From Candidatus Hodarchaeota archaeon (GTDB taxonomy: Archaea > Asgardarchaeota > Lokiarchaeia > Sigyniarchaeales > SOKP01): a DNA stretch of 64,000 bases. The stretch lies in contig JBHLJZ010000002.1 in NCBI GenBank assembly GCA_048887165.1, positions 6,146-70,145 on the forward strand, in the 5' to 3' direction. How positions within the stretch are numbered: the first letter of the stretch is position 1; the number at the start of each line of letters is the position of its first letter. Made by a program: the position numbers and the translations under genes. The notes under the pieces were generated by a model that saw only the letters and a list, made by a program, of their open reading frames with translations, was not told where the DNA came from and ran no database searches. Below are positions 10,371 to 19,998 of this stretch, piece by piece.

Positions 10371-10706
10371 TTACTGTAAAAGCTCTTTAATATTTTTGGC
10401 TAATTCTTGTTCTTCTGCCTCTTCTAATAACTTGAAAGTTGCTTCTGCGTTAACCCTTAGCGAACCGTGAAGTAATTTTTCAAGGCCAATTCGGGTATTT
10501 AATCTTTCGGTTTTTTGTAAATGGAAAATAACTCGTCCAAGTTCATTTTTCAAGACGCCACCCTCGGCACTTAAACAAATATCTAACAAAGCAGGACATA
10601 TTTCTTCAATCGCGTCTAAACTAACTTTAGATGCTAAGGAATACAATTCTTTTAGTTGCTCATCAGAAATAGCCATTACTTTTTCTTGAAGTTCTAACAT
10701 TGACAT
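10371..10706 (-). CDS. Hypothetical helical protein
   Basis: ORF with AGTGA SD-like motif 6 nt upstream of the ATG. Lies downstream of the long motif-rich spacer. Confidence 0.45.
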   Translation of the reverse strand: MSMLELQEKVMAISDEQLKELYSLASKVSLDAIEEICPALLDICLSAEGGVLKNELGRVIFHLQKTERLNTRIGLEKLLHGSLRVNAEATFKLLEEAEEQELAKNIKELLQ

Positions 10707-10803
10707 ATTTTATCACTTTTTTTTATTATTTTTTGTTTTTATTCCTAACTTTAATAAGAATAGTTTAATATTTAAATGTATTGGGATAATTTCCTTCTCT
10801 TAA

Positions 10804-11137
10804 ATTGCGAAATCGGGCAAATATTTAGAAAACTGATTCTTTCCGCAATCTTTTTGACAGAATCCGGAAATCATATTCTTTATAATTTCTTTTTCCGAAA
10901 ATAACATTTTTACTAATTTTAGATGATTGATCGATGACAGAAAACTGATTTTTATTGACAATTTCGTTACTTTTTTCTTAAGATGGGTAAGAGACGGGTC
11001 TAGGGATTCGTGAAAAAAGTCATAAAAAAATTATTAATTCCGATAAAAAATCACTTTTTTTTAATGAAATTTCGAAATTTTTTGATAAAATTTTTTCATT
11101 TCAGATCAAAATGATGGTTTCTCTACGTTTTCGCAAG
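10804..11137. promoter_or_regulatory. Cluster of CG-core dyad motifs (TTYCGRAA-like) in a 533-bp non-coding spacer
   Basis: Motif copies read directly: ATTGCGAAAT 10804-10813; TTTCCGCAAT 10840-10849; ATCCGGAAAT 10862-10871; TTTCCGAAAAT 10892-10902; TTCCGATAAAA 11038-11048; perfect 14-bp palindrome AAATTTCGAAATTT 11067-11080; TTTTCGCAAG 11128-11137. A direct repeat AGAAAACTGATT occurs at 10827-10838 and 10939-10950. Confidence 0.35.
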
Positions 11138-11239
11138 AAATTATTATCAGAATTACAAATTTTTCAGTAAAAATTATTGATTTAAATTATTTCTTAAAAT
11201 GATTTTGATGATTTTAGATAAGATTTTATCTTACTAAAA

Positions 11240-12373
11240 CTAAACTAATTCTGAAAAAGTCTTTGTACCAAACTTGAATTTTTCAGACGGTATATTATCT
11301 CTGACTTTCACCAGTTTAATTGCATTGTTGGGGCAGTTAGTCGCACAAACACCGCATCCTATACAGTATTCTTCATTAATAAACATCTTTTCATCAGATT
11401 TATCTACTAAATTTGGAAGTTTATGATGAATTGCTTCCATCGGACACTTTTTTAGACAGGTTTCACATTTAGTACAAAGATCATCATTTATTTTTGGTAT
11501 ATAATTTGATACCATAGAAGCAATGTATTTTTCTTTTGCTGCGAATGCTCCACAGTGGCAACTACAGCAATTACATACAAATAGTGTAGATTCAATGCTA
11601 TCATCTGCAATACAGCTATGAACTAATCCTGCTTTTTCAGTTTTTCTCAAATATTCTATAGCTTCTTGTTTATTCATTTTTGGTGCCCCCCTCTCTATGG
11701 AAGAGAGAGCACCTTCTCCCGCTAAGAAGCAGCCCATCTCTGCTGGAGCAACTTTACATGGATCTCCGGTGTATTCACCTATTAACCGACATTGACATGG
11801 AATAACAGTAAATATATCATAATTATCAATTAATTGAGAAACTAATTCATAAGGTAAAATTTTAGATTCAGCATCCAAGGATTCATCAATTTCAATTAAT
11901 TTTTCCTTAGCGTCCACTGGCAAACGAGGCCGAAAGAACTTTAAATTAGCTTCAGTTAAAAAGGGTGGTATGAAGTTTTTAAAAATAAAATTCCGATAGA
12001 TTTCTGCTACTTTTTTTAAATTTTCTTCTGAATCATTCTGTCTAATAAAGTATTTCTCAAATATACCTGGAAGAATTGGAATAAGACTATAGAGCGTTGC
12101 CTGTTCAGTTTCAACTTTAGCAATTGTACCTTTTTCATTCAATTTGTCTAATACAACTTTTATGTCTGCTTTTGGAATACCTGACTTCTGTTCTAATTGT
12201 TCTAATGTATTATACTTATCAGCACCTTCTAAATATGTGAGAATCTTAACTTCCTCTTCACTCCATAAAATTTTCATAAGTTCATAGACTTTTTTATGTT
12301 TAGGTGCATATAGTGGTCCAAGACTTAATTTTTGTCTTACAATTTCATAATTATCAGTCTCAGTCATAATCAT
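11240..12373 (-). CDS. Fe-S protein: N-terminal winged-helix-like region plus Cys-rich domain and 2x[4Fe-4S] ferredoxin domain
   Basis: Has CTKCETCLKKCP and CIGCGVCATNCP motifs plus extra CQC / CNCCSCHC cysteine clusters. Confidence 0.65.
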   Translation of the reverse strand: MIMTETDNYEIVRQKLSLGPLYAPKHKKVYELMKILWSEEEVKILTYLEGADKYNTLEQLEQKSGIPKADIKVVLDKLNEKGTIAKVETEQATLYSLIPILPGIFEKYFIRQNDSEENLKKVAEIYRNFIFKNFIPPFLTEANLKFFRPRLPVDAKEKLIEIDESLDAESKILPYELVSQLIDNYDIFTVIPCQCRLIGEYTGDPCKVAPAEMGCFLAGEGALSSIERGAPKMNKQEAIEYLRKTEKAGLVHSCIADDSIESTLFVCNCCSCHCGAFAAKEKYIASMVSNYIPKINDDLCTKCETCLKKCPMEAIHHKLPNLVDKSDEKMFINEEYCIGCGVCATNCPNNAIKLVKVRDNIPSEKFKFGTKTFSELV

Positions 12374-12415
12374 CTTTAATATTTGTTAGTATTAAAATAA
12401 TTCTTTCAGATACAA

Positions 12416-14758
12416 TTAAACCTCTAAAGCTAACATTCTTGATAACAATAATAATGCTCCTTTTTTATCTAAAGGTTCGTTATTATTTCCACACTTAGGT
12501 GACATTAAACAAGCTGGACAGCCATTATCGGCAACGCAGCTGCAAGAATTAACTAAATCATAAGCAAGCTTCATTAATTCAAATAAATTACTAAATAATA
12601 ACTCAGATATACCAATTCCGCCCGAATAGGCGTCATAAATGTAGATTAAGGGCTTCTGTTTAACAGGATCAAAATCTATAGAAACACCGCCTAAATCCCA
12701 TCTTGAGATTTGGGCTAAAGCCGGTGCCATAGCAATCATAGCATGCTCTATTGCGTGAACTGTACCCCCTAAATCGAATCCTTTTAATTCTAATTCTTTT
12801 TGATATTCGAATGGAATTTCAAACCACACAGACTGGGTTTCAAATTCAACGATTGGAATATCATCTAGGGGATGCCGTGATAGTGTTTCCTGAGTTAAAG
12901 TATTAATTACTTTATAAGCATAATACTCATGTTCTACTCTGACATTTCCAAAGTAGTATTCAATTTTTTCCTTAAAATCCTTAAAATTGGCTTTATCATT
13001 AAAAATAGTTTCTAATGGAGTAATTTCTGTGTGCTTTAAGGACTGTGTATAAAATTCAACATCTGCTCTCGTTAAATACACAAGCCTCTCTTTAACATTA
13101 AGCTCTTGAACAATATATGTTTCTGCTTCATAGAGATAAACAGCTCCAGGATGTAAATCTCTAAAGACATAACTTTCATCTTCAACAGCTAAAAGTTCAT
13201 TGCCATTTGATGTTTTTAATATCACTTTATAACTTTTTGAAGATAGATCATTTAACCCATATTTTTCATTTGGAAAAAATTCGCCTCTCCAATAAAATTT
13301 GTCAGTTCGTTTCATAATTAATGATTCTGTTATTAGTTCATCAATACACTCTTTGAATAAATTTACATCTTGAACTCCAAATTTAGTGTAATCTTCCATT
13401 AGCAAGGGAATCTCTTTTGCACCACAGCATAGGTGATTTTTTAGAATATACTTATTATTTAAAGTTATTAGTATATCTTCTTGAATAGGTCCAAATAATT
13501 TATCTGGATTATGAATATAAAATAAGTCTAAAGGATTTTCCATTGGAATAAAAGTTGATATTGAAAGATCACTCCCCCTTCCGGATCGTCCTATCTGTTG
13601 ACGAAAACTTGAAATGGTTCCAGGAAATCCAGAACTTATTGTTGCATCCAAAGAACCGATATCAATGCCTAACTCTAAAGCATTAGTTGAACTAATTCCA
13701 ATAATATCCCTGTTTTTAAATCCTTGTTCTATTTCTCTCCTTTTCTTTTTACTTATTCCAGCACGATAACTAAAAATTTTGTTCTTCATATATGGTAATT
13801 CTTTTCTAGTCCAAATAGCCATTAACTCCGCCATCTTTCTTGAAAGTGTAAAAGTTAGTGTCTGAATTCCTCCCTTATATCTTAAATGACTAATAAATAT
13901 ATTTTTAGTTTCTTGATGAGCTGATCGATACTTTTTCGATATTTCATCATATGGTAGATCCCACAAAATCACTTTTTTAGCCCCTGCTGGAGAGTCATCT
14001 TTATCAACGACATAAAATTCCTCTCCAATCAGTTTCTCGCAAAATTCCTTTGGATTATGAATAGTTGCACTTGATAAAATCCAAATAGGCTTAACTCCAT
14101 AAGAATCCAAGATTCTTTTCAATCTTCTGATTAAAAGAGCAAAATTAGAACCGAAGATACCTCTATAAATATGAATTTCATCCAGGATTATGTACTTAAG
14201 ATTATTACATATTCTTCTCCATTTTTGTTTAAACCATGGCAAATAATAGTGTAGACCATAAGGATTTGTAACAATTATGTTTGAATTTGCTAAAATTTTT
14301 CTTTTTTCAACAGAATCAACATCTCCATCATATACACCTATTCTATTCTGCTTAATATTGGTTTCTTCCAAGATTTTAGATACAATTGTGTATTGATCTC
14401 GAGCTAATGCTTTCGTTGGAAAAAGATATAAAGCAGTTGTTTTTTCATTGTTTAAGATTGCTTCAAGCACAGGTAAGTTATAACATAGAGATTTACCTGA
14501 AGCAGTAGAAGTTACTATAACTGTATTGTTTTCATTACGAATTTGATTAATTGCCTCAGCTTGATGCCTCCACAATTTAATATTGTTATTACTTAGCCAA
14601 CGTTGCAGTCTCTTTCTCAAGGGTTTCTCTAAATCATCAAATCTGGCTTTTAATTCTGGAATATTTTCAATATGAGCGATTTGACCATTATAATAGTCTT
14701 GAGATTTGATGTAATTTAAAAACTCTTCAAAATCAACCATAAATAGATTCAATATCAA
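12416..14758 (-). CDS. DEAD/DEAH-box helicase with C-terminal DUF1998/MrfA-type Zn-binding domain (YprA/MrfA-like)
   Basis: Helicase motifs are present: Walker A TSTASGKS, DEIH box, SAT, QQIGRSGR. The C-terminal 4-Cys motif CSCVADNGCPACLMSPKCGNNN is typical of DUF1998. The real start may be the ATG at 14740 (MVDFEEF). Confidence 0.85.
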   Translation of the reverse strand: MILNLFMVDFEEFLNYIKSQDYYNGQIAHIENIPELKARFDDLEKPLRKRLQRWLSNNNIKLWRHQAEAINQIRNENNTVIVTSTASGKSLCYNLPVLEAILNNEKTTALYLFPTKALARDQYTIVSKILEETNIKQNRIGVYDGDVDSVEKRKILANSNIIVTNPYGLHYYLPWFKQKWRRICNNLKYIILDEIHIYRGIFGSNFALLIRRLKRILDSYGVKPIWILSSATIHNPKEFCEKLIGEEFYVVDKDDSPAGAKKVILWDLPYDEISKKYRSAHQETKNIFISHLRYKGGIQTLTFTLSRKMAELMAIWTRKELPYMKNKIFSYRAGISKKKRREIEQGFKNRDIIGISSTNALELGIDIGSLDATISSGFPGTISSFRQQIGRSGRGSDLSISTFIPMENPLDLFYIHNPDKLFGPIQEDILITLNNKYILKNHLCCGAKEIPLLMEDYTKFGVQDVNLFKECIDELITESLIMKRTDKFYWRGEFFPNEKYGLNDLSSKSYKVILKTSNGNELLAVEDESYVFRDLHPGAVYLYEAETYIVQELNVKERLVYLTRADVEFYTQSLKHTEITPLETIFNDKANFKDFKEKIEYYFGNVRVEHEYYAYKVINTLTQETLSRHPLDDIPIVEFETQSVWFEIPFEYQKELELKGFDLGGTVHAIEHAMIAMAPALAQISRWDLGGVSIDFDPVKQKPLIYIYDAYSGGIGISELLFSNLFELMKLAYDLVNSCSCVADNGCPACLMSPKCGNNNEPLDKKGALLLLSRMLALEV

Positions 14759-14921
14759 TAATGAAATATATCTATTAAAAATTTCAAAAGATAATTGATT
14801 TTATAATTTCTCAAATTTTAAAAAAATTTAAAGAAGAGAAATTTTATTTAAACTCTAATAGAAAAACCTTTTAATTAAAATATATCAAAATTGATATAAT
14901 TCACACAAATCTCTTATAAAA

Positions 14922-15917
14922 ATGTCCTTAACTGAATGGGGTAAAGTAGATTTTCAAACATTCATCAATGAATTCAATAAAAAACTTGTCATTGAAAATG
15001 CGCCAATTATCCTATATTCAAAAAAGGATAAGGAACCCGAGGCTTTTTATTCCTTAATTGCTTTTTTCTTTCTTACAGGGGGGTTATTCATTTATATCGC
15101 ATTATCAACATTTTTAATATCACTATATTTTAGCTTAATAGTTTTTTTAACAGTAATTTTAATAGGAGCTGTACTTGATGCATTCCTAATAATAAATTAC
15201 ATTCGTTCTAATACGCCTATTAGACCTTTAGAATGTTGGGTAGAAATTTTCCAAGCAAAAGAAACTTATTACTGCCTCTCCTATTATCCAATCTTTACAG
15301 GGAAGAGTCTTCCAAATAAAGCCAAAAACATAATCTATAAGCTCTATCAAGATGAAGTTTTAAAAAGTAAAATTGATGTAACTCAAATTGAAGTTTACTT
15401 TAGACTAATGAATGATAATAATAAATTTCTTCAAAATTTAGGATACTTTTTTCAAAGTGGAGAAGGAGTTCCATTTAAATCTGAAAAAATAAACAGAAAT
15501 TCGTGGAGATTCTTTCATTCTGAGAAAACAAGAAATGATAATTATCTTGCTACTGCTAATTGGGATCATCAATATGAATGGCAAGACGATTTAGAGCTTG
15601 ATTATGATAAATTACATACATATGCTCCTTGGGTTATTAAAAAATGGGATGAAGTTAACTTAAAACCAATTACAGATGAGTTTAAGACACAAATCAACTG
15701 GGATTTAAGGAGAATTGAGTCTTTACCTAAATTAAAACCTTGGATAGGAACTTTAGAAACTCAAACATATGAAAGTTTCAAAGCATACAAGGATTTACAG
15801 ATAGTGGATAATGTAATTGAAAAAATTATTGGGTCTGAGATAAAAATACATAAACTGAAAGACATTAAAGATAAACTATTAGAGATTAAAGCATATTTTA
15901 GAGATTTAATTAACTAG
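14922..15917 (+). CDS. Hypothetical membrane protein (2 TM near N-terminus, W/Y-rich soluble C-domain)
   Basis: ORF and hydrophobic segments only. Confidence 0.5.
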   Translation: MSLTEWGKVDFQTFINEFNKKLVIENAPIILYSKKDKEPEAFYSLIAFFFLTGGLFIYIALSTFLISLYFSLIVFLTVILIGAVLDAFLIINYIRSNTPIRPLECWVEIFQAKETYYCLSYYPIFTGKSLPNKAKNIIYKLYQDEVLKSKIDVTQIEVYFRLMNDNNKFLQNLGYFFQSGEGVPFKSEKINRNSWRFFHSEKTRNDNYLATANWDHQYEWQDDLELDYDKLHTYAPWVIKKWDEVNLKPITDEFKTQINWDLRRIESLPKLKPWIGTLETQTYESFKAYKDLQIVDNVIEKIIGSEIKIHKLKDIKDKLLEIKAYFRDLIN

Positions 15918-15973
15918 TAAAGTTTTAAACATTTTCAAAATGAATTAAAATAAATATTTATGGAGTATAAAAA

Positions 15974-17374
15974 ATGGAATCATTACAAACAATAAATAAT
16001 CTTCAAATTCCTACAAATAATTTGTTCTATGATAAAAAATCTGAAGTTTTATCAATTTATATTTTCGATTTCGTATTTATTGGAACTTACAAAGGATCTA
16101 TTAAAATTAGGAAAATTTTGGATGATCTTTATCGCTCTTTAGGAGAAGTGCAACTAAGAAGAGAAAATGTCAAGATTGTCGATTTTATTACTTCATCACC
16201 TATATCTGAAAACACAAAACTAAAACAATTGAAATTAATTTCTGCTAAAGAAAAAGAAAAAAGAAAATTAGAAAAAGTGTTAAAGAAACCTGTGGTAAGA
16301 GAAATTACGCCTTTAGAAGAAGAAAAAGTTGCAACTAAACAAGTAAAGGCATCACCAAAAAAAAAGAAAGCTGCAGATAATAGACGTAAAGCTAAAGAAG
16401 AAGCCTATGATAAGGAGGAGGTCCTATACGAAGAAGAAGCCGAAGAATTACTATCAATGGATGATGAGTCTTTTGGAGAAGCTGAGAAATTTCGATCATA
16501 TGAACCTGAGCCCCCTCCACCAGCAGGAGGTGTTGCCCCACCACCTAAAGCAGCTCCACCGGTCCCATCAGCACCCACTCGTGATGCATTAACAGGTCCG
16601 GAAGCTCCTCCTAAGAAAGATTTTGCTGAACTTGAGCGAATTGAAGAAGTTGAACCTAGTAAACCAAAACCAACGGTATATGAAATTAACATGGGGCTTC
16701 AATATTACTCAGTAATGATGGAACAAAATAGCTATTTATTCTATGTATACTTTTCTCATAAAGAACTAAAAATTGTGGATGAAGAAGGAAAAACCATCTT
16801 TGAAACTAGTTTTAGAATAGAAACGATAAAAAAAGAACCACCCATCTTAGATTTAAAAGTTGAAGGAGAGGGTTTCGAAGTTCATCCATTATATGGAAAA
16901 GTGGAAGTAAAAAAGGATGCTATAAATCCGCCTGTTATGATTTTTTCTATCCTTCCAACAAAGAAGAAAAAACGTACGAAGAAAGAGAAAAAAGAAGGAG
17001 AAAGAAGATATTTACATGTCTATATAGATTTCGAAGGTAAAACAATAAATCATTCAATATTATCGATAATTGTACAACCGAAACATTTTCATCTTGACAT
17101 TGGTCCAATACATTTGGATATAAGTAAAAGAGCAGCCATGATAATATCTTTCATTTCAGTTCTTGTAGCAGTTGGATCTCTAATATTTACCTTCTTAACA
17201 ATAGATCCAGGTTCCACATTTGTAGATTTTATAAGTAACTTTGCACCAGGATTAGGCTCGATTCTGTTCATTGTAATCTTTTTGGTGACTCTTTTTAAGG
17301 AAGGAATTTATCCTCTGAAAGAGAAAATAAGTTACTTCCTGAATTTCGATAAGACAGGAATGCTGATTAAATAA
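15974..17374 (+). CDS. Hypothetical C-terminally membrane-anchored protein with K/E-rich linker and proline-rich motif block
   Basis: A GC-rich island at about 16499-16615 encodes EPEPPPPAGGVAPPPKAAPPVPSAPT...GPEAPPKK. Two C-terminal TM helices. ATGGAG SD-like motif is upstream. Confidence 0.55.
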   Translation: MESLQTINNLQIPTNNLFYDKKSEVLSIYIFDFVFIGTYKGSIKIRKILDDLYRSLGEVQLRRENVKIVDFITSSPISENTKLKQLKLISAKEKEKRKLEKVLKKPVVREITPLEEEKVATKQVKASPKKKKAADNRRKAKEEAYDKEEVLYEEEAEELLSMDDESFGEAEKFRSYEPEPPPPAGGVAPPPKAAPPVPSAPTRDALTGPEAPPKKDFAELERIEEVEPSKPKPTVYEINMGLQYYSVMMEQNSYLFYVYFSHKELKIVDEEGKTIFETSFRIETIKKEPPILDLKVEGEGFEVHPLYGKVEVKKDAINPPVMIFSILPTKKKKRTKKEKKEGERRYLHVYIDFEGKTINHSILSIIVQPKHFHLDIGPIHLDISKRAAMIISFISVLVAVGSLIFTFLTIDPGSTFVDFISNFAPGLGSILFIVIFLVTLFKEGIYPLKEKISYFLNFDKTGMLIK

Positions 17375-17394
17375 ATTTTATATTTTATTTTTTT

Positions 17395-18294
17395 TTATAT
17401 TTTTTCCTTGATATATTCCCAAAAAATATTTTCAAAATGACTTAATCTTTTATCTTTTTGTTTAACAAAATAGAGAGCTCTTTTTACTATTTGGGGATAT
17501 TCTTCGATCTCTAAAATTTTAATTAATCCTGCTTTTTCAGCTTTATTTGCCATCATATCACTCATAATACTTATATAATTTGATTCACTGACGGTTGATA
17601 TTATAGAATCATTATCATTTATTTCAAGTTTGATATTTAATTTTTTATAATCAACAAATTGACTTTTGAATGTATTTCTCATACCTGAGCCTTTTTCTCT
17701 CCAAACAAATGGATACTTAAGAAGTTCCTGGAATTTTACTTTTGATTTTCCTTGCTTCAGCAAATTATGATTAGGAGAACAAATAAATTTAAAGTTATCC
17801 TCTCCAATCTTAATATAATCATAATCTGCTTTATTATAACTCATAAAACTGCCAATTCCTGCAAAATCAGCAACATACTTATTTAAATTTTCAATTGATT
17901 TCTTAGAATTATTAATTAATATTTTAAAATTTACATTAGGATGCTCATTTCTGAATTCAGCTATATATTTTGGCAGAATGTGGGAACCTGGTATGGTCGA
18001 TGCAGATATTACAATTTCCTCAAATATTTGTTTGCTATATTTTTTTAAATCTTCTTCACAATCATTATATAATTTTACAATCTTCTTGGCATAATTAAGC
18101 AGTATTTTCCCTGCTTCAGTTAACTCAAATTTTTTTGTTGTTCGATCAATAAGTGTTATTTCTCCAAAATACTTTTCTAATTGAGAGATTTGATGCGATA
18201 ATGTAGATTGAGTAATAGGAAGATCTTTTGCTAATTCTGAGAAGCTCTTATATTCAACTAATTTAATAAAATTTCTGAGGTATTCGATGTTCAT
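17395..18294 (-). CDS. LysR family transcriptional regulator
   Basis: N-terminal LysR HTH (FIKLVEYKSFSELAKDLPITQSTLSHQISQLEKYFG) and a LysR substrate-binding-like C-terminal domain. Divergent from the DsrE/TusA pair. Confidence 0.85.
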   Translation of the reverse strand: MNIEYLRNFIKLVEYKSFSELAKDLPITQSTLSHQISQLEKYFGEITLIDRTTKKFELTEAGKILLNYAKKIVKLYNDCEEDLKKYSKQIFEEIVISASTIPGSHILPKYIAEFRNEHPNVNFKILINNSKKSIENLNKYVADFAGIGSFMSYNKADYDYIKIGEDNFKFICSPNHNLLKQGKSKVKFQELLKYPFVWREKGSGMRNTFKSQFVDYKKLNIKLEINDNDSIISTVSESNYISIMSDMMANKAEKAGLIKILEIEEYPQIVKRALYFVKQKDKRLSHFENIFWEYIKEKI

Positions 18295-18469
18295 ATATAT
18301 TACCCATTTTCTCGTTTAACTTTAAAAGGCGTCTAATTATTAATAAATAATTTAATGCTTTCTTATTTATTTTTATTTATCGACAAAATAAATAATTAAT
18401 TACAAAAAAATTAATAAATATCAAAAATTTTTCTAATGTAAGAATAACTGTCTTTTGTAGTGATTTTAT

Positions 18470-18829
18470 ATGGCAGAAAAGGAAAAGACATTCACAATTG
18501 TTATAGGAAATGGTGCTTATACTTCAGAAAGACCTTTCACTATGTTAAGGTTTGCTTACACGGCTTTATTGGAAGGTCATCAGATTAATATATTCCTTGT
18601 AGAAGATGGTATATTTGTAGGAAAGAAAAATCAGGATCCTACTACATATGATAATATAGGTAAATGGATGACAGATGTAATCCAAGAAGGTGCGAAAGTT
18701 AAGGCATGTGGAGTATGTATGAGAGCACGAGGTTTAAATGAAGAAGAACTAATTGATGGAATTTCTAAGACTAGTATGCATGGATTCGTGGAAATGTGTG
18801 TAGAATCAGATAACATTCTATTTAGTTAA
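18470..18829 (+). CDS. DsrE/DsrF-like sulfur-relay family protein
   Basis: Size and pattern fit the family (TFTIVIGNGAY...KACGVCMRARG). Confidence 0.7.
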   Translation: MAEKEKTFTIVIGNGAYTSERPFTMLRFAYTALLEGHQINIFLVEDGIFVGKKNQDPTTYDNIGKWMTDVIQEGAKVKACGVCMRARGLNEEELIDGISKTSMHGFVEMCVESDNILFS

Positions 18830-18845
18830 AATCTTGAGGAGATGA

Positions 18846-19079
18846 ATGAGAATGGGTAAATCATATGAATTAAATTGCGAAGGATTGGTCTGCCCTTTAC
18901 CAGTTGCGAAAACCAAACGTAAACTGTTAGAACTTGAAAGTGGAGATGTTTTAAATGTATCTGGTGATTTCGCTGAAGCTGGTGAAAATATTAAACGATA
19001 TATTGAAAAAACTGAAAATGAAATCTTAGCATTTGAAAAAGAAGGAGAAAATTTTTGTATTAAAATCCAAAAAGCTTAG
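18846..19079 (+). CDS. tusA: TusA/SirA-like sulfurtransferase
   Basis: CPLP active-site motif (CEGLVCPLPVAKTKRKL) in a 77-aa protein. GAGGAGATGA SD is upstream. Confidence 0.75.
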   Translation: MRMGKSYELNCEGLVCPLPVAKTKRKLLELESGDVLNVSGDFAEAGENIKRYIEKTENEILAFEKEGENFCIKIQKA

Positions 19080-19241
19080 ATTTTTTAGTTTAATTCTAAT
19101 TCAACTTTATTTTCATCTTTTATTAAACCCCTTAGGCATAAATTGGGCAATTTAGAAAGTAATTAATTATTCAATTTCTTATTCTTACATACAAACTTTT
19201 TAAATAATTGAAATCTAATTACAAGTATTTGTGTTTAAATA

Positions 19242-19643
19242 ATGGCAGAATTATCAAAAGAAATGAAAATTGTTATTTTGATTAATACTATTGTCGCTTT
19301 AATATACGGTATATTTCAGTTGTTTTTAACAGAATGGTATGCAGCAGTAACTGACTTTCCAATTTTTGACATCCATTTTACGAGAGTTTCTGGAGGAACT
19401 CTATTTGTTCTTTCACTCTTCGGTTTCTATGTTTTCTTAAGGAAGCAATGGGAGGATTTTAAACTCTTCCTTGAATTTGTTATTGCTTATCAAATAATGT
19501 TATTAATTTTAGATATTGTTTATATTGCAACAATTACATACTCAGCAACAAATTTCGCTAGCATTTTACTTGCGACAATAATAACCGCGGTCTTAATTGT
19601 TGTTAATATTTACATTTATCTTAAAGAACAAAAACGGGAGTAA
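19242..19643 (+). CDS. Small integral membrane protein (4 TM)
   Basis: Hydrophobicity pattern only. Confidence 0.5.
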   Translation: MAELSKEMKIVILINTIVALIYGIFQLFLTEWYAAVTDFPIFDIHFTRVSGGTLFVLSLFGFYVFLRKQWEDFKLFLEFVIAYQIMLLILDIVYIATITYSATNFASILLATIITAVLIVVNIYIYLKEQKRE

Positions 19644-19728
19644 TTTTATAAATTATTTAACTCATTTTTTTTATTAAAATTAATTCATTATTATAGTACA
19701 ATAAACTTAAATCAATTAAGGTAATAAT

Positions 19729-19935
19729 ATGCCAGTTATTCATGTAAATATGTGGAAAGGGATCTCTGAAGAAAAAGTGAAGCAAATCATAGCAGGAATA
19801 ACTAAAGTTTTTGTTGATATGGATATACCGCCTCAAGCAGTAGAGGTTATCGTTCATGAAATACCAAAATCTCATTGGGGCATTGAAGGTAAACCCGCTA
19901 CAGAATCACGACCAAATGCGCAACCACCTAAATGA
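19729..19935 (+). CDS. 4-oxalocrotonate tautomerase family enzyme
   Basis: Starts MPVIHVNMWKG (catalytic Pro1 after Met removal), is 68 aa and has the conserved ...HEIPKSHWGIEG tail. AAGGTAATAAT SD is upstream. Confidence 0.75.
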   Translation: MPVIHVNMWKGISEEKVKQIIAGITKVFVDMDIPPQAVEVIVHEIPKSHWGIEGKPATESRPNAQPPK

Positions 19936-19998
19936 TAAAGTAAAAAATCAGAATCCTGAAAGGAATACTAATAATAATTGGGTTTAACATAATCTTAA

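Noticed and set aside
10707-11239. Replication origin (ORB/mini-ORB repeats) interpretation of the long motif-rich spacer.
   Set aside because: There is no orc1/cdc6 gene adjacent. The motifs (TTYCGRAA) do not match the TTCCA...GGAAA ORB dyad as I remember it. I have kept it only as an unexplained motif cluster.
12416-14758. Defence-system helicase (DISARM DrmA / Druantia DruE-like) because of the helicase plus DUF1998 architecture.
   Set aside because: The single-polypeptide about 780-aa helicase-DUF1998 layout matches the widespread housekeeping YprA/MrfA-type repair helicase. No partner defence genes are adjacent, and the divergent neighbours are unrelated membrane proteins.
16405-16692. 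Extra ORFs overlapping the proline-rich region: 95 aa antisense (16405-16692) and 61 aa on the same strand in another frame (16407-16592).
   Set aside because: They are created by the GC-rich, stop-poor Pro/Ala/Gly codon island of the sense gene. Their translations are low-complexity (S/G/A-rich) and lack start signals.
18295-18469. Repeated ATAAATAA / TTAATAAATA elements as LysR operator sites.
   Set aside because: The sequence is pure A/T in a very AT-rich genome and no clear T-N11-A dyad could be defined, so it cannot be told apart from compositional background by eye.
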